From Eledone cirrhosa (lineage: Eukaryota): 64,000 bases of DNA. Position 1 is the first letter of the stretch, and each line of letters starts with the position of its first letter. The translations under genes and the position numbers were made by a program. Location: positions 55,614,001 to 55,678,000 of the forward strand of contig OZ024744.1 in assembly GCA_964016885.1 (NCBI GenBank). The letters run 5' to 3'. The notes below the pieces were generated by a model. That model had not been told where the DNA came from, searched no databases, and saw only the letters and a list, made by a program, of their open reading frames with translations. Below, piece by piece: positions 27,346 through 40,920 of the stretch.

Positions 27346-27936
27346 AATGATTATTAACTCCCTATTACAAAATTGACTACTCTTTTTCTCTCGGCCATCA
27401 TCCACACACACGCTCACACACACATAAAAATGTATGTATGTACATATACACGTATGTACATATACACTACAGATGGATGTTAATATTTGTTAAATTTCAA
27501 TAAACTTTGTGTTATATTCTAATGTTTCCACTCCTTCTCTCTATTTGTCTTTTTTTCTGTCTCTCCCTCTCTGTGTGTCCATCAGTCTGTTTCTATACAC
27601 AACTCAAACATTGCCAATAGCTTAAAAGTTAATACATTATTTTTTGGTTAGTTTTCTTGTTAAAAAATGTTAGTGAGATTGATTCTAAAGAACATGTTAA
27701 TTTATTTTTCCTGAAAGTTTATCAACATATATTTTTATATTTTTCAATGTGAATTCTAATACTTGTTTGATATTCAATTAAGGCCTTAGTTTATAGCAGT
27801 AGTATCATTTTATTTTTCAAGTATAGTATTCTTTTAACATAGAAATTTGTGTGTGTTGTTTCTCAGTATATGTGGGTATACACTGAGTAGCTATTACTTC
27901 TGAATCATATATCCTAATATTATTACATCATGGAAG

Positions 27937-28125
27937 GTGGTGGAATGGCAGTATCGGTGGAGAGTCGGACGTTATGCTTTGCAGCATAGTTACGGCCCTT
28001 TACGGTTTAAGTTCAAATCCTCCCGAGGTTAACTTTGCCGTTCATCTTTACGAGGTTAATAAAATAAAACACCAGTAATACACTGGGATAATTGCTGGCC
28101 TTGTACCAAAAGTAGAAACAATTAT
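27937..28125 (+). mobile_element. SINE family A copy
   Basis: Homologous to 3097-3286, with an 18-bp TSD ATTATTACATCATGGAAG at 27919-27936 and 28121-28138. Confidence 0.88.
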
Positions 28126-29002
28126 TACATCATGGAAGATTCATTGTAGCCATTTTAAAAACACAAAAGCTGTTAAATTTACTTTCAATTTATCATGATC
28201 ACTGACACAGTTTCACTGCAATTGTGTCTGTGACCAGGTCGCAAACAGCATGATGAAAATTTTGACACCAAAAATAAATAAATGTGTAATGAATTTAAGT
28301 GTTTTTGTTTTCTGAATGACTAAAACAACTCTTCCACAATGTAATTACCTTCATATCAACATATGTTCCTAGGTCAAGTCACTGACTGGTCAGACAAGTA
28401 TAGCTCCAAAATATCTTAGTGTTGTTTATTCAACACTAAGATAGGTATATGTAGGTATATGTTAGCAATGTTTCTATGACCTGGTTATACTATTAGTCAA
28501 GTAATTACTATATAATGTGACACAAACAAAACAATCTCTAGCTCTTTCTTTAAGTTTCTCTGATAGTATTTATTTTTCAGGGTTGGTGATATATTTCTTC
28601 TTAGATATTTTACTTTTTCTTTTGTATCTGTCTTCTTGCTCCATTATTTTATCTTTTTTGAATATTAATTTATCTTAACCATTTTGATACCAAACTACCT
28701 GAAACTACTCCTGTTTTTTTATTTTTTTTATATTCAAAGCTGTTTATTCTAAAAAAAATCTTCCATCATAATTTTACAAAAGAAACTTTAAAGCTGATGT
28801 TTGGAACATCAGTTTAACAATGAGTGAGAAATTTAGTTATATTACTAAATCCCTCCAAATTCTTGATTATTTTCCAAATTAATTGAAAGATATATACAAT
28901 GTTTTTCATTGAAAAAAATGTACTGAATGAGTTAAGTTTTAAAGCTTTCAATTCTTACATGTGCTTATTAAATTTTTTATTATTTTTCTTTTTAATTTGC
29001 AG

Positions 29003-29246
29003 AAAGAAAATTGAAGAGATTGGCAAGATGACTGCCTTGTCTCAGGAGGATATTATCTCCAATACCAGGACAGTTATTCAGGGTTTAGAAACTCTGAAAA
29101 ATGAACACAATCAAATACTCCAAAGTCTCCTAAATTCTATGAACACCATCAAGAAGGAAAATGGAGACACTAACTTAGTGGAAGAGAAAACGAATATTCT
29201 CAAGAAATCTGTAGATTCCATTGAACTGGGGCTCGGAGAAGCTCAG
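29003..29246 (+). CDS. Klc: Kinesin light chain exon 2 (KKIEEIGKMTALSQEDIISNTRTVIQGLETLKNEHNQIL...SIELGLGEAQ)
   Basis: Polypyrimidine tract and TTGCAG acceptor (AG 29001-29002); donor CAG|GTATGT at 29247. The translation is the conserved KLC N-terminal coiled-coil region. Internal ATG at 29028. Confidence 0.97.
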
Positions 29247-30131
29247 GTATGTCCTTTTATATTTTCAATTTTTCCGTTCCTTTGCTGTCCCACAATTCTT
29301 TTGTTATAATTATATCTTACTTTTTATAAAATCAAATTACTGTATTTGATTGCATACAGGAATCCCAATATTAAATTTAAAAAAACATTAGCCTACCACA
29401 TGCCTCAACTTTGCATATAAGCCATGTGTGATATTTTAAAATCTTTGAGGGGGGTGGGGGTCATATTTGCCATAAAATACAGTAATGGTTTATATTTTAT
29501 TGGGAAGGTACGTAGCTTATTGGCTTGGGTGTTAGGCAACAATCATAAGGTCATGGGTTCGATCCTTAGATCAGGTGGTGTGTTATGTCTCTCCCTGAAC
29601 AAGACACTTTATTTCACATTGCTCTAATCTACACAGTTGATAAAAATAACTATTTCCAGCAGCTGAGAGTTATAAAACTGGGTTAAGTTCTGGCCTGGTG
29701 AGTCTTTAGATTCAAGGCGGACTTTGGCTATCAGTTTATATGTCATTGCATTTAAGTTTAGGATTATGATTACAAACTTTTATATTGAGTATAAAATGTT
29801 TTTAGAGTATGTAATTTTATCATAAACATTTTTGACATTATACCAGTTATTGAGTTGGTAAAAATCATCTAGTTAGTCTCTGTACTGCTTTCCTGTGTCT
29901 CGTAGCTGTTTACTCATGGCTAACTGTATTCATAGGACACTAGTCATTTAGTTCTACATGAGACTTGCTTTGTGAACATTTAAGAAGTTCTTATCGTAAC
30001 AGACTAAAGGTGCCTTTAAAAAAGAAATGTTCAAATTGTCATATTTTCCCAAAAACTTAACTATTGTTAAGAAAAATATATTTTGAATTTGCCTTTAAGC
30101 TTTATTTTTATTTTTTCACTCACATATTTAA

Positions 30132-31225
30132 CCCTTTAGTGTTCAAACCGCCCCCAAACTGGCCGCAATTATTTCCCCTTCATTCGTTCAATTCGCCCGA
30201 AACCAGCCAATAACACCCACACTAAAATATTGTTCTAAAAATAAACAATACCGTCATCAAAATCTCGTCAATTCGAGATCACTGCGAGATTAGGCCATTA
30301 CCGCAAACATTAACACTTAATATAGTGAAACAACTTAAAACAACACGTTTTTTTAACATTGATAGTAGAACAGATTTTTTTGTGTATCAACATGGCTTGT
30401 GAAAGTAGCTATACCGACTTTGAAGGTTTTACGCACAAAACATTCAGAATGAACAAGAAACAAAAGATAATAGTGATTTATCTTCAAATGAATCAGATGT
30501 TTACATTTCTGAAATTTCATCCGACGATGATTGTTGTTTTGAAAGTGAAAACAAAGTAGATCTCCAGGACGCCATTGAAAATATTACTGCAACGTGGTTG
30601 AAAAATACCACACCAATATATGTTCCCGATTTTATTTAAAATACTGGTCCACAACACACATTAGCTCCCAATGCTAAAGCACAGGATTATTTCTTTTTGT
30701 GTTTACCACAAACTTTCTTCGAAGTTGTGGCAGAAGAGATTAATCGATATGCCCAACAACAGATTTCAAATCAAGGAAAACCCAATCTGTTTGGCGACCG
30801 ACAAATGCTGCGGAAATGCAAGCATTTTTTACCATAAATATTATGTTCGGTATAAAACAATTTCCAAGACTGGAATTACTGGAACACTGATATAAGGTTT
30901 AGTGATTCTTATATATCAAGTATTATGCTGAAAACAACGTATTTAAAATTAAACCAGTATTTGCACCTGGTTGATACTTCAAACACCCCTATTAATTAAT
31001 TTCACCTGCCCATAAAAGTCAAATTTAACCAAACAAATCAGGTTAAATTATATAATTGTAAATTATTGATATTTAGACATCTACTGACAAAATTTCAAGC
31101 CTGCACATAGAAAATTAAAAAAATTACAAACAAATAAAATTGATAACCCTCTTGAGTACGATTAACTGAAAATAATGTGAACAGATAAACATTACATTTG
31201 ACAAATTAATGTGAATACTAAAGGG
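30132..31225 (+). mobile_element. Internally deleted piggyBac DNA transposon
   Basis: TTAA at 30128-30131 and 31226-31229. TIRs CCCTTTAGTGTTCA and TGAATACTAAAGGG (13 of 14 match). Decayed transposase N-terminal remnant (FFEVVAEEINRYAQQ..EMQAFFTINIMFGIK..YLHLVD). Confidence 0.88.
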
Positions 31226-32301
31226 TTAAAGAGAATAATTTAGCTAAGGATCTGTTTTAGAAATAATATAATTGTTTTAAGGTTTGTAGGAATAATCCTT
31301 CAATGAATTGAAGAGAAATACCATTTCTTTAGTGTGCATTCTAAACTTCAGTAAATTAATTTTTTTTGTCCATTTGTTAAAGTTTGAGCCTGTTAGTACT
31401 TCCAAGATGAGTAAACTGGAGCAATGTGAAATAAAGTGTCTTGCTCAAGGAAACAACACATCACCCGGTCTGAGAATTGAACTCACAACCTTTCGATTGC
31501 AAGGCCAATGTTCTAACCACTAAGCCATATGCTTGTGTTAATATACTACAATATTTGCAATAGAGAAATTATAGCATATTAGTAGTAATCATGCACATAG
31601 GCATGGCTGTAAAGTTAAGAAGTTCGCTTCACAAGTACGTGGTTCTGGGATCAATCTTAATGTGTTGTAAATTGAGTGTCTTCTAACATAGCCGTTTGAG
31701 CCGGCTTGGTTCTTCAGCATTGCCTTTAGTGGAGTCCCCTGGGCTGCAAACATTCAGACCAGTTCTGAAAATTGATGCATTGCTCTCTACCTCATTAACC
31801 TATTCATAGATTTTTGTTAAGCAGAATTAGTGTGTAAATGGTTGAGTAGTCCAGATGCATGAGTACTCTTAACATAATTTTCTGGAAGATTCAGTATGAC
31901 AGTCTGTGACAAAGTTGACTCTCTGAATTACAAATACAGTCCACACGGCAAGCTGCCAAGCAATTTCACTTGTAAGGCTTGGATTGACATGAAGTTATGG
32001 TAAAGACACTTGCCCTAAAATACTATGCAGTGGGATTGAACCTGAAACTTCATGATTGTGATGCAATCTTCTTAACCACTCGGCCATGCTTGTGTCCATA
32101 GTACTTTTATATGTTAGTGTATATTATATTGTTGTTCACCAGCTTAGATCTCAAAGTATGTTACAATGAGATTTTATTTTGGAAATGAATAATTTAGTAT
32201 ATTCAGACTGTGTTATTAAAGGGTTCATTTAAATAAGACAACATATATACTTAGAAATAAGTTTGAGTTTATTTTTTATTTTTTGTTATCATTATTTTAC
32301 G

Positions 32302-32605
32302 GTATCCCGCCGAGGTTAACTTTGTCTTTCATCCTTACGGGGGTCGATAAAATAAAGTACCAGTAATACACTGGGTAATTGCTGGCCTTGTGCCTAACGT
32401 AGAAACAATTATTTTACGGTGGATTGGCAGTATCAATAGAGGGTCGACGCCATGCTTTGCAGCAAAGAGTTACGGCTCTTTGTGGTCTGAGTTCAAATCC
32501 CGCCAAGGTTAACTTTGGCTTTCATCCTTACGGGGTCGATAAAATAAAGTACCAGTAATACACTGGGATAATTGCTGGCCTTGTGCCAAAAGTAGAAACA
32601 ATTAT
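32302..32605 (+). mobile_element. Two tandem SINE family A copies (one 5'-truncated, one near full length)
   Basis: ATTATTTTACG occurs three times (32291, 32408, 32601), bracketing both copies. Confidence 0.85.
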
Positions 32606-32885
32606 TTTACGTTTTCTTTGCTAGCTTGCATTGTATGAGTTGTTATGGTTTGGGACTAGACATCTTGTTCATACATTCCAATTTTGGCATGGTTTCTACA
32701 GCTGGATGTCCTTCCAAATGCCAACCACCTTACTGAGTGCATTTTATTGTGGCATCAGCATGATGATGATGATGATGATGATGATTCAGCGCTGCTATAT
32801 TACTGAGTGGACTGTTGGCATTTTATTTTGGCATCAGCACTAGAAAAGTTGTGTCGTCAGCAGTGGTAGATGCCCCCCCCCCCAC

Positions 32886-32933
<48 letters not shown>

Positions 32934-34859
32934 TTATCATCATCGTTTAACGTCCATCTGCCACGCTATCATGGTTAAACTATATATATATATATAAAAA
33001 AGCTACAAAAAATAATACAAGGGCTGCAATGAAATTTTCAGCCTTAGGATTCATGCAAGCTTAATCTACCCCCTTCCCCATGCCTTCAGTAGAGCAAAGA
33101 TGGATCTCTTAATCCTATGCTATCTCCATTTGAATACCAACCACTTTACAGAGTATACTGGGAGAATTTTATCATGAGTATGCTTTAAATCTTGTAAAAC
33201 TAAAGAGGCATGTGTTACCCGATGTCCCTGTTCATTCAATGTAGCATGACTAAGTAGATAGGCAGAGAAAGTGGTGATGAAACCAGACAGACTGGATTTT
33301 TGTATTAACTTATATTATTTTCTAGTGGTTTATCAGAATTTGTTAATGGATGTGAAATATTTCATACATTTGGGATTTAATAGATACATTTGAAAGTGTG
33401 AAACTTGGTTGTTAGGATGTTGGACTTATGATCATAATGTTGAGTGTTTAATTCCTGGAAAGGGCAGCACATTGTGTCTTCAGCAAGGCATTTCATTTCA
33501 CATTGATTTTCATGATAAAACTATGACTTTTTATTAAAATATCCAAGAAATCTCTGATAAGATACAACCTCATAGAAGACCAGTTAACCTGTAAATTTAA
33601 TTTCTGTTCATTTTCAAACTTTAGTGAGTTTAAAGTTGTCTGAAGGAGGATTAATAAATAGAGATTTAATATAACTTGAAACAGGTGACAGTTTTTTTAA
33701 AACTTGATCTTGAGTTTAGATTGCTCTCCTTTCATTTTCTTTTAAATACACATACCCTATTTATATGGCTTAATGGTTAGAATGTTGGGCAGTGCATTGT
33801 ATTGTCAACAAGACACTTTATTTCCAATCCACTCATCTGGAAAAAAAATGTAACAACACTGGTGCCAAACTATAGAAGCACTTGCATTTCTTTTGAACAA
33901 AATCGGTGGCATTAAGCGGGGCGACTGGCATACATGGGCAACTGCTGGTTTTCCATAAAAACTCCTTGTTGAGTTAGGCACACTGTTTAGGAATCTTTAG
34001 CGGTTGAGTACAATAATTTACTTTTCATTATTAAGTCAGTTTGTACTACATAACAGCATGTTCTTATATATAAAATTTGTTGGGTTTAAATTACATTTGA
34101 ATCTATTAATATTCATAGTTTTATATCTATAAAAGGTGGTTATTTTGGATAATTTGGTATCAAAGGGGTTAACGAAAGTGAATATACTGCATAGATTTAC
34201 AACAGGCATTAACCTTTTGGTAGCAACTCACCGAAAACTGTCTTTGGTTCTATAATAAAAAGCTATTCTTTTCATTGCCAGTTATTAGTGTTGCATTAAA
34301 TCCCTTAATATGTGTTCATGCTCTCTGCCCTCTAAGTTCAAGGCTTGTAGGGATCAACTTTGCCTTTCGTCCTTTTGAGATTTCATAAAAGTCCATGGGT
34401 GTTAGTTTGGTGGAATTGTAAGAGTCTGATGGGATATTTCATGGTATTTGTAGCGGTTTACATACATTCTGAATTCAAATCCTGCATCCTTATGCTTGAT
34501 GTAACTGGTGGAATGTATGAACACCAGAAAGACTGGTGGAAGCAGTTTCCTTGGCCTGATCATATGATGGGTGTCTCCTTTCATATTTCTTTAAAAGCCT
34601 ACCATTAGAATTTTATGTAAGGACATATGTTATGTTCCAAACACCAAATTAGAATTGAAAAGGTCATTTTCTTAAAATGCTTCGTATTCAAAACTAATTT
34701 TGAAATAATTTTTAAATTATAAGCTGCGTCTTTTGTTAGAAATATGTTAACAACATGGCTTTATGAGAAATAGATAGATGTATTCTTACATTGATGGATA
34801 AATGCTTGTATTGCTACAATGCTACTCAGATAGCTGCAATGTTAATGTTACAAAGTTGT

Positions 34860-35481
34860 GTAGATATAGTGTTACAGTGTTGTATACATAGATGTATTGT
34901 TACTGTGTTGTATAGATAAATATATTGTTACTGTGTTGTATAGATAAATATATTGTTATAGTGTTGTATAGATAAATATATTGTTATAGTGTTGTATAGA
35001 TAAATATATTATAGTGTTGTATAGATAAATATATTGTTATAGTGTTGTATAGATAAATATATTGTTACAGTGTTGTATAAATATATTGTTACAGTGTTGT
35101 ATAAATATATTGTTACAGTGTTGTATAGATATATTATTACAGTGTTGTATAGATATATTATTAGTGTTGTATAGATATATTATTACAGTGTTGTATAGAT
35201 ATATTATTACAGTTTTGTATAGATACATTATTACAGTTTTGTATAGATACATTATTACAGTTTTGTATAGATACATTATTACAGTGTTGTATAGATACAT
35301 TATTACAGTGTTGTATAGATACATTATTACAGTGTTGTATATAAATATTATTACAGTGTTGTATAGATATAAATATTGTGACAGTGTTGTATAGATATAA
35401 ATATTGTGACAGTGTTGTATAGATATAAATATTGTTATAGTGTTGTATAGATATAAATATTGTTACAGTGTTGTATAGATA
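34860..35481. repeat. Minisatellite, 22-26 bp unit (ATATTRTTACAGTGTTGTATAGAT variants)
   Basis: About 25 tandem units are visible. Degenerate units resume at about 37590-37700, beyond the LINE insertions. Confidence 0.95.
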
Positions 35482-35839
35482 GATTTCTTTATTAGCCACA
35501 AGGGCGCACAAGAAAAGGGGACAATACAAAGATATGCCGGGGATTTTACATACAGTCGTGTAAAAAATATAAAAACAAACAATTACAACAATCGAAATCC
35601 CCAATAGGGGGGAGGTGCCACAAATGGGTTGTTTAATACCCCGTCGATAGAACAACCCTCAACTCCAGGAGCGTGTTGTGCAAGTGCTCCTTTCTTCCTT
35701 TTCTCTCTTCCTCAACCTACAGGCTTATAAACAGAGAAGGCCCAATCACTCAGGCCAATTTTGCTTCATTCACCCACCTTTCAGTAAATTTACTGGGGTG
35801 CAGTGCTTCTCTCTCCACCCTGATTCTCCTTCTAAAGTG
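35482..35839 (-). mobile_element. Second short 3' fragment of a related Tx1-like LINE
   Basis: Same terminal GTGGCTAATAAAGAAAT and a homologous ORF end, but diverged from the long copy. Flanked by the direct repeat AGTGTTGTATAGATA (35467-35481 and 35836-35850). Confidence 0.85.
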
Positions 35840-35852
35840 TTGTATAGATATA

Positions 35853-37590
35853 TTTCTTTATTAGCCACAGGGGCACAAAAGAAGGGGACAAATACAAAGG
35901 GGGAAGTTTACATACAATAAAAACGTGTAAAATGTTATCACAGATGGAATTTAAAAGTTAGTCGATTTTCCCCAATAGAGGGAGACAGTTTATATGGGTA
36001 ACACATACCCCCGAAAAAAATGTGCAACCCTCATCTCCAGGAGTACGAAGAGCTTGTACTCCTTTCCTCTCCTCCTCCTTTTCTTCAACCTACAGGCTGA
36101 TATAGAGGGAAGGCCCATTCACTCGGGCCATTCTCGCCACTTTCACCCACCTTTCATAAAACTTGCTGGGGTACAGCACCTCTCTCTCCATCCTGATTCT
36201 TCTTCCAAAGTGGTATTTGAAAAAAAGAATCAGTTGTTGGCCGGAGAGAAAGGTGTCTGACCTCAGCCCTTTCAACCTTGTCCACCATACAACCTCTTTC
36301 GCCATAGCTATCACACAAAGGAAAACCGCCTCTCCTTCGTTTTTGAAGGAGGGTGGCGGTTTGATCATGACAATGGACTCGGTGGTCAACTGGATTGGTC
36401 CCACCCGCGACAATAGTCGTTCTACATAGCCCCACAGGTCAGTGACGCCCGGGCAGTGTATGAATGCGTGCGCGACGGTTTCTTCGTGTCGCACGCACCT
36501 CGGACAGATCTTTTTTGCAGGGTCCCTGCCCGGGCGCCCATGTCTGTAGAGCTTGTCTCGAACTGGTAGAGCTCCTCGGTAGCACTGCCAGGCCAGGGAC
36601 TTTTGGAAGTTGTCCATCGGTCCCGGGCGGAAGGTCCTACCGAACAGACTGGCCAGTTCATCTTCCTCTACGCCTAGAGTTTCACCGAGCGCGTCGTCGC
36701 ACTTGCTGCGGACCAACCCTCTATAGAATGACGAAGTGGAGTCTCCACTGATCGCCAGGTCCGCCTGCCAGAGGGCTGTGAGCGCCTGAGCACATTCGAT
36801 GTGCCAGTCGCCCATTTTCCTCGGTCTTTGCTTGACCCAGGACTGCAGCTCGGTCAGCGAGACGAGTCGTGGGAAGGCTCGCTTCACGAACGGGGCCCAC
36901 ACCGGTTGTCCGGTGAGGAATACGTAGAGATGCTGCAGCCTGAGCGCGTGTTTGCGCATCGTCAACCACGGCATCCCCAGCCCTCCGTTAGAAGGGTGTT
37001 GGCAGCAGATGGATCTTCTCACCAAAGGAGCCCGCCTCTTCCAAAGGAATCGGAAGAGCGCGCGCTCCATTTTGGCGAGCGTTTAGGCTGGACAAGGCAC
37101 GACGGTCAAGCGGTAGTAGATGGCGGACGCTATAAAAGTGTTCGCCACCTCCGCTCGACCTTTCAAGGATAGTTTGCACTCGGCCCACTTCTGGGTGAGT
37201 GCAAACACCTTGACCGTCACTTCGTTCCAGTTCTTCTCCACCTGGAGGTCCGGACCAAACCAGACCCCGAGCAGCTTTACCGGTCCTTCCGTCCAGCGTC
37301 CGACGACGCCACCGGAAGGCATCGGTCTGCCTCTCCACGATCCGAGTTGCAAACCGATGGACTTGTCCCGGTTCAGCTTCGCTCCTGTGAGACTTTCATA
37401 TTCCTTTAGTAAGGTGCCGACTTCCTCGATTTGCGAGGCGCTCGACACCATTACTGTCACGTCGTCGGCGTAGGCCGACGCCGCTTTCCGCAGTCCCGGT
37501 TCCAGAGGGATGCCCTGCAATAGCTCCAGCTTCCGTAGTAGTGGCTCGAGTCAGTACGTACAGAAGGGAGGAGAGAGGGCATCCCTGTCG
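35853..37590 (-). mobile_element. 5'-truncated Tx1/L1-like LINE (RT C-terminal half plus zf-RVT), frameshifted
   Basis: RQGCPLS, AYADDV, LSLKGRAEVANTFI, GGLGMP and CPRC...ETVAHAFIHC across ORFs 37083-37520 and 36090-37070. The 3' end reads GTGGCTAATAAAGAAAT. Confidence 0.92.
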
Positions 37591-39084
37591 TATAGATAGA
37601 TATATAATTAGTGTTGTATAGATATATGTATATTATTTTAATGTTGGTTAGTTGTATCATTACAGTGTTGTATAGAGATGTATTGTTGCAATGTTGTTTT
37701 CATAAATGTATAAGTTCTTATAATGTGAAGATGCTAAAATGATTTTACAATATTTCATAGATAGATGTGTATTTTTTTTTTTTTTTTTTTGATAGATGTA
37801 TAGTTTTTAATAATATATTGTTTTGAAATGAAGACACTGCACATGTTCTGCATGCATTTATTGTTCTTTAATGATAGCCTGCAATGTGTGATACTTGTTT
37901 CATTGATTGAAACAGTTGAATACATTCACATATTACTTTGTAATTGTTAATCTGCTGTGCTTAGTATAATTATTTCAATCGTCTAGATTATTAATCTCTT
38001 TCATGACAAGAAGAATGTGATTAAGTTTGTGAAAACCCTTTATGAAAAACACCAAATCTCAGTTTAAACCTATCTTATAGGTGTATGAGTATATTCTAAC
38101 ATATAAATCATTTACATTGTACAATCGTATATTTTGAATTGTTTTTTCTTAGTTCCAGTAGTTAAGTCATATGCTCCTTTCTTCACATCTTAATCTCTAG
38201 GAAAATTATGTGACTTATACATTCATTTTCTTCATGCATGTTTTGGTGCAGAGTATATTATATTCCAAACAATATGACCTGCTCCGTTTTTGCTAACGCA
38301 CAGGCTCACTCAGTTTGACTTCAGAATTCATAGTAGCTACATGAAATGAGTGGGCGGGGGCTTTGTTGGGATTATACTATATCTCTCTCCTACCTTTCTA
38401 TGCTGACATGGTTTGGACAGATTGTCACAAATCAAGTCAGTTCCTAATTGGAAATACTGTCCTCTCAGACAGGTCAAAGCCATGTCTTGTTTACATATGT
38501 TCTGGTTTTGCCATGGCATCATGTTCATTGGTGTGACAGAAGAATTTTCTCAACTCTTTTTGGCATAGGTTCTACAGCTAGATGTCCTTCCTATCACCAA
38601 CCCATTTACAAAGTTAACTCGGTAATATTTATTGAAGCAGCAGCACTAGGAGGTTATCATGCCTTTGATACAACTGGAGAGTCCTCACAACTCTTTATTT
38701 GGCTAGATGCACTTGCTATCACCAATCATTTTACAGATTGTACTGAATTTATTTTATCATGACACCGGCACTAAGGAGGTTGTCGATTGTTTACTTGACA
38801 TAAGTTCCCTCACTACCATACGGGGCAGGAACAATACTTTGTTTCGGGTGGGGTGGTGATTAGTGACACATTGTCATGTATGTATGACAAGTGTGAAGAG
38901 ATTTAATGGTAATTTAGAGGAGAAAGGGATTGGGGTGTCATGTAGGGTAGAGTGTAAGTATACTGAGATGAGCACTGGTTGAAGGGTTACGTATAAATGG
39001 GTGGAGCACAAAGGCTGCATTAAATAGGATGAGTTAAAGGGTGTAGCACATACTATAGTAGAAGTTTCAGGATTGGTATTGGAT

Positions 39085-40720
39085 GTCTTGTTTGATACTG
39101 TACTGCAAGCTGCCATTTGTTATGGCCCTGTGTCATCTGCTTCTTAGGTCCCATTTACCAAGATTTCTCTGTACTTCTTTATACAGCTGCCATCCTCCAT
39201 ATTTATCACATGTCCATACCATTGCAGTCTTCTCTCTTGCACACTACATTGGATTTCTTTTATAGTTTTCCTCTCAGCTCAATTATGCTATGTATATACA
39301 CACTAATATTATACATCCATCAAAGCATACTCTCTTCATTTCTTTATAGCCTTTGCAGGTCTCCTGCAGTTAAGGCTCATGTCTCACTGCCATATAACAT
39401 CACAGTTCACACACAAACATCATAGTTTATCCTTTTACTCTGTGAAAGAAACTTTGTTACCAACAATACTCTTCTAGCCCATTTTAACTCTAGTTGCTAT
39501 GCTTTTGGAGCATCCTCTCCCATTGCAGATTAAGATATTTGGGTAACAAAAGCTGTCAAGAATTAGGCAATTAGGCAGAAAATCTGCTGTATAAAGATTA
39601 TCTAACCTGCCTTCAATTCCACTACATCATGTGCATTAATAGATTGCATTGCATGCATCTTATAGAATTTATTCCCACTCATTTTCTACATATCAACAAG
39701 GCCATTTTTCCGAAGGTATCATAGTACTGTCTTTTTTTCTACTTATTAAAACTTTAGTTTTTAAGTTTACTTTTAGGTTTTTCAATTCTAAATGTATCTT
39801 CCATGTATGGAATTTTGCCTCTATTTCTCCTACTGATTTAGCTGTAATGGCTAGATCATCACCATACAGGAGTTCCTTTGGAGTTCCACTCTTAAACTCC
39901 TTAGTTATGGTCTGAAAAACAATGATAAACAGAAATAAGCTGGGGACTGAGTTCTGGTGGAGCCTCATCTGCACTTAAAATTCATCACTGTACTTATTGC
40001 CAACTCACACCTTGCAGGTCCCACCTCTATTCAAGGCTTGTACAGTTCTTATGAGCTATTTGCCTACACCTAGCTTCTTCAGTGTCAAACAGATTATAAG
40101 AGTTTTGAACCCTGTAAAATTCTTTCTCCAAATCGACATGCTAGGTACAGCAGCTAAATCTTAAATAAATACTTCTACAGTTATTTCATGAGGAAGAGGG
40201 CATCAATGATATCCCTGCCTAGCATAAAGCCAAGCTGCATCTCATTTAGCTTCATTCTGTCTCTAATCAGTTGTTATAACCCTTTCACTATCTTTCATGA
40301 CCTGTTCCATCAACTCAGTATCTCTGAAGTTACCTCTTTCCTTTGACCTTGTAACAGGTTGAAAATAATACTACTGATTCTGCTGCTTCAGTCATTGGCT
40401 ATGACGCCATCTTGTACCACTTGATTGATTATGCATCTGACTAGATTGTAACCTACCAAATATTTTTAGTATCTCATCAACTATACCAGATGGTCCAGCT
40501 GCTTTCCTTACCTTCATGTCCTTAATTACTTTATCTATCATCCAACTGTCAACTTTTATGGCTGATCCCTGAGTTGGTTGTATATAGGGTAGGCCCTCAC
40601 TGTCCTATCTTCATTCAATAGTCTCGTAAAAGGACTGCCATGTTGCTGATCCACATGTTGTAGAACATGTGCAAATTTCTTCTTTTCTGTTTTCCTTTTT
40701 GCTAAATATACAAGCACTTA
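39085..40720 (-). mobile_element. Decayed RTE-like LINE
   Basis: ITKEFKSGTPKELLYGDDLAI...NLKVNLKTKVL, plus upstream GKAAGPSG-like and MQLGFM-like remnants. Confidence 0.8.
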
Positions 40721-40732
40721 ACTATTTGGCAT

Positions 40733-40920
40733 TGGCGGTGGATTGGCAGTATCGGTAAAGGGTGACACCATGCTTTGACGCATAGTTACGGCCCTTGCCA
40801 TTCTGAGTTTAATTCCCGCCAAGGTTAACTTTGCCTTTCATCCTTACGGAGTCGACAAAATAAAGTACCAGTAATGCACTGGGTAATTGCTGGCCTTGTG
40901 CCAAAAGTAGAAACAATTAT
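40733..40920 (+). mobile_element. SINE family A copy
   Basis: Homologous to 3097-3286 over its full length. Confidence 0.85.

Noticed and set aside
28899-29002. ORF-track N-terminal extension of exon 2 (MFFIEK...)
   Set aside because: It is read-through of the intron polypyrimidine tract upstream of the acceptor.
34860-35481. CRISPR-like regular array, and repetitive ORFs 35037-35655
   Set aside because: The units are contiguous with no unique spacers, there are no cas genes, and the context is a eukaryotic intron. It is a minisatellite.
36090-37070. 326-aa ORF as an independent gene
   Set aside because: It is the frameshift-separated C-terminal part of a truncated LINE ORF2.
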